From: Candidatus Methanogaster sp. UBA203
GTDB lineage: Archaea; Halobacteriota; Methanosarcinia; Methanosarcinales; Methanogasteraceae
Assembly: GCA_002503595.1 (NCBI GenBank)
Contig: DASC01000135.1
Location: 2,596-66,595, forward strand
Direction: 5' to 3'
DNA length: 64,000 bases
The notes beneath the pieces were generated by a model, which did no database searches, had not been told where the DNA came from, and saw only the letters and a program-made list of their open reading frames with translations. The position numbers and the translations under genes are program-made. Positions 38,771 through 47,751 of this stretch are shown piece after piece (the first letter of the stretch is position 1; each line of letters opens with the position of its first letter).

Positions 38771-39373
38771 ATGTCGCAATGGAAAGAGACGCTGGAACGG
38801 ATCGGGCTTGCACTCGGAATCTCGATGCTGCTCGGGATGATACTGCTACCGAACTTTCGACCCGCTGTTGCCAGCGGCGTCGATGTACTGCTCGGACCGC
38901 TGCCTGACATGCTGCCGATTCACATCACGCTCTTTGTGATGGCTGCACTCACCGGACTCTATGCCTCGCTCATCCAGAAGTACACCATCGACTGGGAACT
39001 GATGCGCACATTCTCTGAAAAGATGAAGGCGTTTCAGAAGGAATATCGGGAAGCGCAACTCGCAGAGAACAAACAGAAATTAAAGAAACTCGATGAGAAG
39101 CGTGCTGCCATGATGGGCGATCAGGGTAAGATGATGAAACAGCAGTTCAAACCGATGGCATACATCAGCATCATCTCGCTGCCGCTCTTCTTCTGGGCAT
39201 ACGCATACGTCGGCAACCATCCGGATTTCACCATGACATTCCCGTTCTGGGGAGTAAAATCGCTTGGCGAACCTGCTATTCTTGGCATCCAGTACTGGAT
39301 CGTCTGGTACATGATATGCTCACTACCGGTCAGCCAGGTGATCAGGAAAGCCCTCGATATCGGCGGAGCATGA
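38771..39373 (+). CDS. DUF106 / EMC3-TMCO1-like membrane protein (archaeal Oxa1-superfamily candidate)
   Basis: The TM helices flank a charged coiled segment, KMKAFQKEYREAQLAENKQKLKKLDEKRAAMMGDQGKMMKQQFKP. The start is at the ATG at 38771. Confidence 0.55.
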   Translation: MSQWKETLERIGLALGISMLLGMILLPNFRPAVASGVDVLLGPLPDMLPIHITLFVMAALTGLYASLIQKYTIDWELMRTFSEKMKAFQKEYREAQLAENKQKLKKLDEKRAAMMGDQGKMMKQQFKPMAYISIISLPLFFWAYAYVGNHPDFTMTFPFWGVKSLGEPAILGIQYWIVWYMICSLPVSQVIRKALDIGGA

Positions 39374-39377
39374 TTCA

Positions 39378-40058
39378 ATGCTCGGTATCATCGCAGGCAC
39401 AAGTCTGATCGGAGAGGAGTTCGAAGAAAGGATTGGCAGAAAGGAGACCGTCGGAACTGAATACGGCGATGTGGAGGTTTTTATAGGGAGTGACGCCATC
39501 TTCCTGCCGCGCCACGGCATTGCTATGGATACGCCGCCGCACCGGATAAACCACCGCGCAAACATATCGGCACTCAAAGAATCAGGCGTGGATGGTGTGA
39601 TATGCGTCTGCTCGACAGGCAGTCTGAATCCGGAGATACTACCCGGCACGCTGGTCGTCCCAGACGACTACATAAACTTCGGAATGCCGCTGACATTCTA
39701 CGACGATGAGATACGGCATATCGTGCCAGCTCTCGACGAGGGATTGCGGAGCAGGATTGTCAAAGCGAGTCACGGAAAGGATGGGGGCGTCTATGTGCAG
39801 ACGCACGGACCCAGATTCGAGACAAAAGCAGAGATCACAGTTCTCGGGCAGTTCGCTGATATCGTCGGCATGACGATGGCAAACGAGGCAACCCTCTGCT
39901 GCGAGGCAGAAATCCCTGTTGCAGCGCTCTGCACGGTCGATAACTATGCAAACGGTGTTGCCGCGCAGAAACCGGGGTTGAGCTATGAGACGATCATCGA
40001 AAATATTGAGAGGAACCGTGAGATGGTCACAGATATAATCATGAGGCTAATCGAATGA
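39378..40058 (+). CDS. MTAP-family nucleoside phosphorylase (methylthioadenosine/methylthioinosine or deoxyinosine type)
   Basis: 226 aa. Motifs are FLPRHG....PPHRINHRANISALKESGV, STGSL and HGPRFETKAEI..ADIVGMTMANEATL. Confidence 0.8.
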   Translation: MLGIIAGTSLIGEEFEERIGRKETVGTEYGDVEVFIGSDAIFLPRHGIAMDTPPHRINHRANISALKESGVDGVICVCSTGSLNPEILPGTLVVPDDYINFGMPLTFYDDEIRHIVPALDEGLRSRIVKASHGKDGGVYVQTHGPRFETKAEITVLGQFADIVGMTMANEATLCCEAEIPVAALCTVDNYANGVAAQKPGLSYETIIENIERNREMVTDIIMRLIE

Positions 40059-41314
40059 GTCTGCTCCTGAGAGCTACCGAGAACTACGGAAACGTATACA
40101 TCGAGGACGGTGCGATCGCTGAGATCGGCTGTGCCGCGTATGACGCGGATACCGTTATTGACGCAAAGAGAAAGGCACTCGTGCCCGGCTTTGTGAACAC
40201 GCATACCCATGCGGCGATGACGCTCTTTCGCGGGTATGCCGATGATCTTCCTTTGCAGACGTGGCTTGCGGATTGGATCTGGCCAGCAGAAGCGAAACTG
40301 ACAGGGGAAGATGTCTACTGGGGCACAAAACTTGCGTGTCTCGAGATGATAAGGACTGGCACGACCACGTTTAACGATATGTACTGGCACGCTTCAGAAA
40401 GCGCAAAAGCGGTCGACGAGATGGGGATACGCGGCGTTATCAGTAACGTCTTCATCGATATCGATGGCGGGTCAGGCGGGCCAGATGATGAGACGCAGAG
40501 GGAAACTAAGAGATTGATCACGAAACTGACGAAGGATTACTCGGATCGGGTGATCCCCGCACTTGGTCCGCACGCCATCTACACAGTCTCAGAGGAGAGT
40601 CTTCTGTGGATCGCAGAGTTTGCAAGAGAAGATGATCTGCTGGTCCACATCCACGTTTCGGAGACCGAACAGGAGGTCAAGGACTGCATCGAGAAGACTG
40701 GCGTGCGCCCTGTCGAGTACCTCGACCGGATCGGGTTTCTCGGTCCGAATGTCGTTTCCGCGCACTGTGTCTGGCTCGATGACAACGAGATATCGCTGCT
40801 TGCGAAACATAATGTTAATGTGTCGTACAACCCAACTTCAAATATGAAACTCGCTGTCGGAGAGAATGTGAGATACCCTGCACTCTGTGCTGCAGGAGTC
40901 AACGTCTCGATAGGAACTGATGGGTGCGCATCCAACAACAACCTAAACATGCTCGAGTCGGCAAAGTTCGCATCACTTTTCCAGAAATTCGCAACGAACC
41001 AGCCGACCATGATGCCAGCGCGCGATGCGCTTTCGATGGTCACGAAGCATGGCGCACAAGCCCTGCGTATATGGGAAAGAGGCGGCGAGATAGCAGTAGG
41101 TGCGCCAGCAGACCTGCTCTTGATCGATCTGCAACTGCCAGGGATGACACCGCTTCACAACCTCGACTCGAACCTGATATACGCATCATCAAACTGCGTT
41201 GACACCACGATATGCGATGGCGTCGTGCTCATGGAGGGAGGGGTGGTAGATGGTGAGGAAGAGATTCTCATGAAAGCATCGGAAACGGCTTTTGACCTGG
41301 TGAGGAGGCAATGA
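40055..41314 (+). CDS. mtaD: 5'-methylthioadenosine / S-adenosylhomocysteine / 5'-deoxyadenosine deaminase (MtaD/DadD family amidohydrolase)
   Basis: 419 aa. The metal site is FVNTHTHAAMTLFRGYADDLPLQTWL, with HVSET and GTDGCASNN also present. The start overlaps the upstream stop. Confidence 0.85.
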   Translation: MSLLLRATENYGNVYIEDGAIAEIGCAAYDADTVIDAKRKALVPGFVNTHTHAAMTLFRGYADDLPLQTWLADWIWPAEAKLTGEDVYWGTKLACLEMIRTGTTTFNDMYWHASESAKAVDEMGIRGVISNVFIDIDGGSGGPDDETQRETKRLITKLTKDYSDRVIPALGPHAIYTVSEESLLWIAEFAREDDLLVHIHVSETEQEVKDCIEKTGVRPVEYLDRIGFLGPNVVSAHCVWLDDNEISLLAKHNVNVSYNPTSNMKLAVGENVRYPALCAAGVNVSIGTDGCASNNNLNMLESAKFASLFQKFATNQPTMMPARDALSMVTKHGAQALRIWERGGEIAVGAPADLLLIDLQLPGMTPLHNLDSNLIYASSNCVDTTICDGVVLMEGGVVDGEEEILMKASETAFDLVRRQ

Positions 41315-41315
41315 G

Positions 41316-41966
41316 ATGGCTGAAGATGAAAACAGAGCTATACCGGAAGAGACTAACAAAGAAGCACCGAAGTGCCAAACCCTGCACGAATCGATGGAGC
41401 TGCTGACAAAGCACATAGAGCAGGCGCTTAAGGAACTCGATCTCAACTCGGTTTCAGAGATGCTCGACGAGATCTTGGGTGCAAAGAGCATCTTTGTGAT
41501 GGGGACTGGTAGGTCAGGTCTCGTTGGTAAGGCATTTGCAACACGGCTCATGCATCTCGGACTGCGCGTGTATGTGGTAGGCGAGTCAACTACGCCAGCG
41601 CTGCGCTCAGGTGATGTGGTGGTCGCGATCAGCGGATCCGGTGAAACCCTCTCAATCGTCGATCTTGGAAGGGTCGTAAAGAAGATCAGAGCGTCTCTGA
41701 TCGTCGTCACCTCGCAACCGGATTCCACTCTCGGAAGAATGGCAGACAAGACCGTGAGAATCTTTGGCAGAGCAAAGAATGGCAAGGGCGACTATCTTGT
41801 GCAGCATCTCCTCGGGAAGTATGCGAAACTCTCAGAACTTGCGCCGCTTGGCACCACCTTCGAGATCACCACGCTCGTCTTCCTCGATGCAGCGATCGCA
41901 GAACTGATGGTGCGGATGGGGAAGGACTCAAAGGCACTTGAAGATATGCACGACAAACTCCAGTGA
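41316..41966 (+). CDS. SIS-domain sugar-phosphate isomerase (6-phospho-3-hexuloisomerase-like)
   Basis: FVMGTGRSGLVGKAFATRLMHLG..VVVAISGSGET..IVVTS is a SIS-domain signature. The N-terminal extension is about 40 aa. Confidence 0.7.
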   Translation: MAEDENRAIPEETNKEAPKCQTLHESMELLTKHIEQALKELDLNSVSEMLDEILGAKSIFVMGTGRSGLVGKAFATRLMHLGLRVYVVGESTTPALRSGDVVVAISGSGETLSIVDLGRVVKKIRASLIVVTSQPDSTLGRMADKTVRIFGRAKNGKGDYLVQHLLGKYAKLSELAPLGTTFEITTLVFLDAAIAELMVRMGKDSKALEDMHDKLQ

Positions 41967-41967
41967 C

Positions 41968-42738
41968 ATGATCTCCGCGATCAGGCGATATGGCGTCGAG
42001 ATCGCCTCGCTCTGCGTTGCGGTCGTGATATGGCAGCTAACTGCCCCTTATGTGACGAGGGGCAACTTCACCCTGCCCGGTTTCACCGGTGTTCTGGCGT
42101 CATTTTACAGTCTATGGGACGTTATGATCACTGATGCTGCGACCAGTCTGCTGCACTTTGGAATCGGTATGGCTGCCGGTATGTGCGTTGCGATACCGCT
42201 CGGGGTTGGTATGGGCTGGTTCCGGGTGATTGACAGGATATTCGATCCGATCATAGAGATCCTGCGCCCGATACCGCCGCTCGCATGGATACCTTTTGCA
42301 ATAGTGTTCATCGGGCTCACACACACGGCTGCCGGAACCATCGTGTTTATAGGAGCGGTATTCCCGATCCTGATCAACACCTATCAGGGATTTAGGAACG
42401 TGCCGAAGGTTCTTATCGAGGCAGCGATGGTGCTTGGATGCACAAGAAATTATGACCTGATCAGGAAGGTTGCGTTCCCGTCTGCAATCCCTGATATCGC
42501 AACAGGGATCAGGGTCGCGATGGGCGTTGCATGGATGTGCGTGGTTGCGGCAGAGATGTTCGGTGTATCGACGACCGGGATCGGGTACAAGATCATACAC
42601 TGGGCGCACTTTCACAGGATGGATCATGTCATGGCGTACATGCTCCTCCTCGGGTTCATTGCGCTCTTCATCGACCGGGTGTTTCGGTTTCTGGTAGACG
42701 AGCGGCTCTCCAGGTGGCGCAAAGGGGTTATTGCGTGA
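41968..42738 (+). CDS. ABC transporter permease (nitrate/sulfonate/taurine TauC/SsuC-like)
   Basis: Six hydrophobic helices and the EAA loop EAAMVLGCTRNYDLIRKVAFPSAIPDI. No ATPase or binding-protein gene is adjacent. Confidence 0.8.
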   Translation: MISAIRRYGVEIASLCVAVVIWQLTAPYVTRGNFTLPGFTGVLASFYSLWDVMITDAATSLLHFGIGMAAGMCVAIPLGVGMGWFRVIDRIFDPIIEILRPIPPLAWIPFAIVFIGLTHTAAGTIVFIGAVFPILINTYQGFRNVPKVLIEAAMVLGCTRNYDLIRKVAFPSAIPDIATGIRVAMGVAWMCVVAAEMFGVSTTGIGYKIIHWAHFHRMDHVMAYMLLLGFIALFIDRVFRFLVDERLSRWRKGVIA

Positions 42739-42799
42739 TGGACGCAACCTTGATAACGATCGGCACCAATGTTGTAGCAAAGAAACAGGAGGTTTGTAA

Positions 42800-43384
42800 A
42801 TGGACATTGATAGACCGGTGCAAGAGGTCATGTCACCACGCGTGATCACAGCAGAGATTGGCGACTCGCTGGTGAATATCGCAAAGGAGATGATCAAATA
42901 TGATAAGTCAAGTGTAGTCATTACAGAAGATGAAAAACCAGTCGGTATCATAACCGAACGCGACATCTCACGCAAGATTATACCTGATGACAGGAAACCA
43001 AGTACCGTACCGCTTTCTGAGATCATGACGTCCCCGTTGATCACCGTTGACCAGAATACGCCAGTGAGCGACGCGATTCAGATGATGCTCTCGAATAAGA
43101 TCAGAAGGCTGCCAGTCTTCCGAAACGATACCTTAATCGGCATCATCACGAGCCAGGACATCGTTACCGTATCCTCTGAGATGAGCGACGCCCTGCGGGA
43201 ACTCATGGAATCCGAGGTTGAATCCCTACTGACATCGGATTTCGAGGGTATGTGCGATGCCTGCGGGCAGTATTCATACCATCTGACCGTCGTCGATGGG
43301 AGGTCGCTATGCGATGACTGCAAGGACCTCAGGTGGAAAGAACCAACCGATTCCAGCCACGACTCTGCGTACATAGAGGGATAA
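42800..43384 (+). CDS. CBS-pair domain protein with a C-terminal zinc ribbon
   Basis: Two CBS repeats (VMSPRVITAE.., IMTSPLITVD..RRLPV) and the C-terminal CDACGQ..x..CDDC. Confidence 0.7.
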   Translation: MDIDRPVQEVMSPRVITAEIGDSLVNIAKEMIKYDKSSVVITEDEKPVGIITERDISRKIIPDDRKPSTVPLSEIMTSPLITVDQNTPVSDAIQMMLSNKIRRLPVFRNDTLIGIITSQDIVTVSSEMSDALRELMESEVESLLTSDFEGMCDACGQYSYHLTVVDGRSLCDDCKDLRWKEPTDSSHDSAYIEG

Positions 43385-43387
43385 CGG

Positions 43388-43876
43388 ATGGATCTCGCAC
43401 AGAACATACTTGAGATCATCGAAAACGATCCGAAAATCGATATTAGCGAGATTGCAGCCCTTACTGGCAGGTCGGATGAAGAGATCAGGGATTGTGTATG
43501 TCAACTGGAAGGGGACGGCACAATCCGCAAATATAAGACCATCATCGATTGGGATAAAGTAAATAATGGGTTTGTTTACGCGATCATCGAGATAAAAGTA
43601 TCCCTTGAGCGCGAAACCGGATACAATGTGGTTGCAGACCGCATCTCAAAATTCCCTGAGGTTAGATCGGTCAGATTGATATCAGGGGATCATGATGTCT
43701 CGCTCACCGTACGCGGCAAATCGATGAAGCAGGTTGCGTTTTTTGTCGCAGAGAAGATTGCGACCCTGCCGCAGGTGCAGAGTACTGCCACCCATTTCGT
43801 TCTGAAGACCTACAAGGAGGATGGTGTGATCCTGCATGAAACAGAGCATACAGAACGTCTCCCGATTGTTGCATAA
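43388..43876 (+). CDS. Lrp/AsnC-family transcriptional regulator
   Basis: 162 aa. The N-terminal wHTH is ILEIIENDPKIDISEIAALTGRSDEEIRDCVCQLEGDGTIRKY, followed by a RAM-like C-terminal domain. Confidence 0.75.
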   Translation: MDLAQNILEIIENDPKIDISEIAALTGRSDEEIRDCVCQLEGDGTIRKYKTIIDWDKVNNGFVYAIIEIKVSLERETGYNVVADRISKFPEVRSVRLISGDHDVSLTVRGKSMKQVAFFVAEKIATLPQVQSTATHFVLKTYKEDGVILHETEHTERLPIVA

Positions 43877-43883
43877 AAGGCAG

Positions 43884-45035
43884 ATGCGAGTCTCAGACAC
43901 GGTGCAGAGTGTGCCGCCGTCTGGCATCCGCAGGTTCTTTGATCTGGCAAACGAACTTGAGGATGTGATCTCGCTCGGCGTTGGCGAACCCGATTTTGTG
44001 ACTCCGTGGCATATCAGGGAGTCGTGCATCCACGCGCTCGAGCAGGGACACACCTCGTACACATCCAATCAGGGACTCCCTGAGTTGCGAGAAGAGATCG
44101 CGGACACGTTCCTGCGGGATCACTCACTCCACTACGATCCGAACGAGGAGATACTGATCACGACCGGGGTGAGCGAGGGAATAGACCTTGCGATGCGTGC
44201 GATTCTGAATCGTGGCGAGGAGGTCATCATCTCTGAGCCGTGCTACGTCTCTTACACCCCGACCGTGATCTTTGCCGGCGGAGTTCCGGTTACGGTTGCC
44301 ACAGGCATCGAGAACGATTTCAAGGTTACTGCAGAGCGGATAGAGGATGCGGTAACGGAAAAGACGCGTGCAATCATGATCAATTACCCGAATAACCCGA
44401 CAGGCGCAACAATGGAAAAGAAGGATCTCGAAGAGATTGCAGATGTTGCAACCGAGTACGATCTGATAGTCATCTCTGACGAGATCTACGATAAACTCAC
44501 TTACGACGGAAAACATACCTGTTTCTCATCCTTAAACGGAATGATTGCGAACACGGTTCTGTTCAATGGGTTTTCAAAGTCTCATGCGATGACCGGACTT
44601 CGGGTCGGATACGCGCTTGGAAGCAGTGACATCATCGGAGCGATGACGAAGATACACCAGTACACTATGCTCTGCGCCCCGATCACCTCGCAGATAGCTG
44701 CAATCGATGCGCTTCGGAACGGGAGGGCGGAGATGGAGCGGATGGTGCGGGAGTACGACCGCAGGAGACATCTGATCATCAGCGGATTTAACAAGATCGG
44801 GATTGACTGTTTCTGGGGAAAAGGAGCGTTCTATGCGTTCCCATCGATTGCGGGCACGGGGATGACCGCGGATGAATTTGCAGAGCGGCTGATGCTTGAG
44901 AAGCGGGTGGCTGTCGTTCCAGGGAATGTGTTCGGGGACTGTGGTAGTGGATTTCTGCGGTGCTCGTATGCTGCATCGAGGGATGACATAAAGGAGGCAC
45001 TTCTAAGGATCGGGGAGTTTGTTGAGTCGATTTAA
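43884..45035 (+). CDS. Class I/II pyridoxal-phosphate aminotransferase (aspartate/aromatic type)
   Basis: PPSGIRRFFDLA, NYPNNPTG and the PLP lysine motif NGFSKSHAMTGLRVGY are present. The ATG at 43884, just after the lrp stop, is preferred. Confidence 0.85.
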   Translation: MRVSDTVQSVPPSGIRRFFDLANELEDVISLGVGEPDFVTPWHIRESCIHALEQGHTSYTSNQGLPELREEIADTFLRDHSLHYDPNEEILITTGVSEGIDLAMRAILNRGEEVIISEPCYVSYTPTVIFAGGVPVTVATGIENDFKVTAERIEDAVTEKTRAIMINYPNNPTGATMEKKDLEEIADVATEYDLIVISDEIYDKLTYDGKHTCFSSLNGMIANTVLFNGFSKSHAMTGLRVGYALGSSDIIGAMTKIHQYTMLCAPITSQIAAIDALRNGRAEMERMVREYDRRRHLIISGFNKIGIDCFWGKGAFYAFPSIAGTGMTADEFAERLMLEKRVAVVPGNVFGDCGSGFLRCSYAASRDDIKEALLRIGEFVESI

Positions 45036-45166
45036 GTGTTGTAGTGTAATATAACGTGCCATAAACTTCGAGTTCGCGCCGATGCGTTAGCATCACCTCA
45101 AACTTTATCATAACTACTGCCATAGAGTGAAGTATCAATCCGGTTAACAGATACAAGGTGAAAAAT

Positions 45167-45358
45167 ATGAGAGCGCTTCAGAAACAGTATGTTGTGGATG
45201 GGAAGGGACAAAAAACAGCAGTGATCCTTTCGATTGAGGAGTATGAGGAACTTGTAGAAGACCTCCACGACCTATCGATCATCGCCGAACGCCGGGATGA
45301 GCCCACAATAACATTCGAAGATGTCAAGAAAGGGCTGAAAGAAGATGGGCTCTTATGA
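45167..45358 (+). CDS. Phd/YefM-type antitoxin
   Basis: GKGQKTAVILSIEEYEELVEDLHDLSIIAERRDEP. GGTG lies 7 nt upstream of the ATG. It overlaps the toxin start by 14 nt. Confidence 0.7.
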   Translation: MRALQKQYVVDGKGQKTAVILSIEEYEELVEDLHDLSIIAERRDEPTITFEDVKKGLKEDGLL

Positions 45359-45608
45359 AATTCGATGGAAGAGTTCGGCAGCACGAGATTTACACAGCAT
45401 TGACCCGCAACAAGTCCCGCGGATTATAAAAGCCATCGAATCGCTTGCGGACAACCCGTTTCCTTCGCAGCACCGTAAGATTCGGGGGTCAGTTCGGGAT
45501 TACAGGATTCGGATCGGAGATTATAGAGTTATCTATCAGGTGCATACCAGACCCGGAATTGTCATCATTTATCATATCCGGCATCGCAGACATGCGTATC
45601 GCAGGTGA
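45345..45608 (+). CDS. relE: RelE/ParE-family toxin
   Basis: 87 aa. YEIRWKSSAARDL..IRGSVRDYRIRIGDYRVIYQV is the RelE/ParE signature. Confidence 0.8.
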   Translation: MGSYEIRWKSSAARDLHSIDPQQVPRIIKAIESLADNPFPSQHRKIRGSVRDYRIRIGDYRVIYQVHTRPGIVIIYHIRHRRHAYRR

Positions 45609-45703
45609 TTGAGATGGTTGAAATGCTCGCCCTGCGAATGTGGCTGGGGGTATAAATAGGAATATCTCCTCGGAACCGGTTTTAGTTCCCCCAATGAGGA
45701 GAA

Positions 45704-46777
45704 CTATCCCGAAAAATACGAATTCACATTCTTATAATCGAACTCATCATCCGTAAGCGCGTTTCTTATGAAATTAAACAGCTTCGCCCTGACCTCGCGG
45801 TCAAGATTCGGATACCACACAGGGCTTGCCACCACGAGTCCGCGAAACGCGTAGAAGAGCTGGATAACCTTCAAGACATCCCAGTCTCCTGTTTCTTCAA
45901 GATAATGCTCCATGAACCGGTCGTACATCCTTTTGAAGTCGTGATCCAGCCGACCGTGCTCCTGAAGCGAGTAAAAGATGTAATTGGTGGTCATGCACGA
46001 TAGATCGTCTGCTGCCTCGCCCCATTCACCGCGGCTCCGGTCGAGCACAGTAAAGTCAGTTCCTTCCCGAAACATCACGTTCCACGGGTGGAAATCTCCG
46101 TGAACCATACACAACCGGTCTGTTCTCGATTTTATCTTCCATCTCCAGTCGACACATGATCTCTCGATCTCGGCAAGTTCCTTTCCTGTGATAAAGTCGA
46201 GATCGTCAGGATAACTGTCCATCAAGCCCATGATGCACTCGCCATGCCCGACAAGGTCCCTGATCCGCCTTACGTAGAGTTCCCGGCTATCATGCTTCCG
46301 GGCGTGAATATCAGCCAGATAACCTGATAATGCACTTGCCCGCTCTACATCCAGTTCGGTTGCACCATTTGAGCGGATCCGCTCAAGATCAAGGAAATAT
46401 TCGACACCCTCGACCTCCTCCATCAGCAGGAAATACTCCTCTGCATCGCCTGCCGACTTGAGTCTGCCATCGTGCGTGAAATAGCCGCAATCGATCGACC
46501 GCACGTGCTCTGGCAGTCTGTTAAATGTTGCGTGCTGCCAGATCAGGATCTGCGCCCGGTCAGAGAAATGATCGTGACCGAACCCGCCTCCGGTCCGCAT
46601 GGACGAGAGGACTGCGGATTTGGCTTCGCCATCTGCCAGGAATCTGATGAGGAGTGGTTTACCGTATCCGAACTCTTTGAGTCCTTCCTCGGTCTCGCCG
46701 AGTTTTCCTGTGCCTGTTACTACGATCTCCTTTTTGTACACCTGTTTCAGGTACTCGGCGATGTCGTCTGGTTTCAT
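45704..46777 (-). CDS. Aminoglycoside-phosphotransferase-like (APH/ChoK family) kinase
   Basis: 357 aa. The catalytic loop is MVHGDFHPWNVMF and the metal-binding motif is VLDRSRGEWG. Confidence 0.7.
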   Translation of the reverse strand: MKPDDIAEYLKQVYKKEIVVTGTGKLGETEEGLKEFGYGKPLLIRFLADGEAKSAVLSSMRTGGGFGHDHFSDRAQILIWQHATFNRLPEHVRSIDCGYFTHDGRLKSAGDAEEYFLLMEEVEGVEYFLDLERIRSNGATELDVERASALSGYLADIHARKHDSRELYVRRIRDLVGHGECIMGLMDSYPDDLDFITGKELAEIERSCVDWRWKIKSRTDRLCMVHGDFHPWNVMFREGTDFTVLDRSRGEWGEAADDLSCMTTNYIFYSLQEHGRLDHDFKRMYDRFMEHYLEETGDWDVLKVIQLFYAFRGLVVASPVWYPNLDREVRAKLFNFIRNALTDDEFDYKNVNSYFSG

Positions 46778-46904
46778 GATGTTTATCTCCTTTTATAACC
46801 CTGATGTAACATCTTTTGCGTAAGTTATAACTGTTATGACATTTCAAGCCGGAAAATACTCCCATTGTAACCAATTTGACGAACTTTAAACCATAAATGA
46901 TGGT

Positions 46905-47747
46905 TCAATCTATTAACCTTCCCCTTTCGGTGGATCTCTCTGGATTCCACCATTCTTTCTCTAGATGATCCTTGACCAGATTGAATAACTCCCATACAAG
47001 CTGTGCATCAATCGGATTCAATGGTTTCTGCTTATGTTTCTGTCTTCTCAAGACAAATATCTCATCGATCTGCGTATGCTTTGGATTTACGCTCTTGTCC
47101 AGCGCATTCGCCTCTGTAACAACAACATATAATGAATAAGGGTTTCCTCTCTTTAACCGTTCCGCCGCATAAGCAGCCCCATCCAGCATCGTCTTATCGA
47201 GATATGTCTTGCATTCTATCGCTACGATCGGAACTAAAATATTTTTTTGGATGGTGGCATGCATCTCCCTATCCGATGAAAATATGCAGAAAATCTCTTT
47301 GCCTATGGCAAAATCCTGATCCTTGACCTTGATGTCGACTCCCGGATTTCTCTCCCATTCGTCGATGTTCTTTGGAGAGAAACTCATATCAACATAAGCT
47401 TTCCCAGGACCCAATGTCAATTGCTTACCACTCAAAATTGGCAGTCCCTCAAACAAAAAATACAAAAACTCCTCTATAACCGTTGAATGCAATTTTGATT
47501 GGGATGTGAACCCATATCTGTTACCCCGCTCTTTTTTAAAGTGGGATTGATCGATAAAGTCCTTATATTCGTTTAAAAACTTCACTCTATCAAATATATA
47601 CTTTTTGGAAGTGCCAGTAATGGATTCATTATGCCCTTTCCATTCATCATACTTCTCTTTGATCTCGCGAAGTAATTTGATATTCTCTTTGACCTTTTCA
47701 TCCTTCAATTTCCGCTCTATATTGTTCCCATGTATGAATGGTAGCAT
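46905..47747 (-). CDS. Putative type II restriction endonuclease (PD-(D/E)xK candidate)
   Basis: 280 aa. It lies immediately downstream of the methyltransferase on the same strand, with a 4-nt gap. The candidate catalytic pattern is VKDQDF ... VAIECK. The gene is AT-rich. Confidence 0.55.
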   Translation of the reverse strand: MLPFIHGNNIERKLKDEKVKENIKLLREIKEKYDEWKGHNESITGTSKKYIFDRVKFLNEYKDFIDQSHFKKERGNRYGFTSQSKLHSTVIEEFLYFLFEGLPILSGKQLTLGPGKAYVDMSFSPKNIDEWERNPGVDIKVKDQDFAIGKEIFCIFSSDREMHATIQKNILVPIVAIECKTYLDKTMLDGAAYAAERLKRGNPYSLYVVVTEANALDKSVNPKHTQIDEIFVLRRQKHKQKPLNPIDAQLVWELFNLVKDHLEKEWWNPERSTERGRLID

Positions 47748-47751
47748 TTCA

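Noticed and set aside
38011-38910. 299-aa minus-strand ORF (also 37051-37704 and 37608-38000)
   Set aside because: These are antisense to moeA and the DUF106 gene start, with no recognisable domains.
41189-41785. 198-aa minus-strand ORF
   Set aside because: It is antisense to the SIS isomerase and the end of mtaD, and has low-complexity Ser-rich sequence.
42112-43044. 310-aa minus-strand ORF
   Set aside because: It is antisense to the ABC permease and CBS genes, which both have clear family motifs. It is Arg/Pro/His-rich with no motif.
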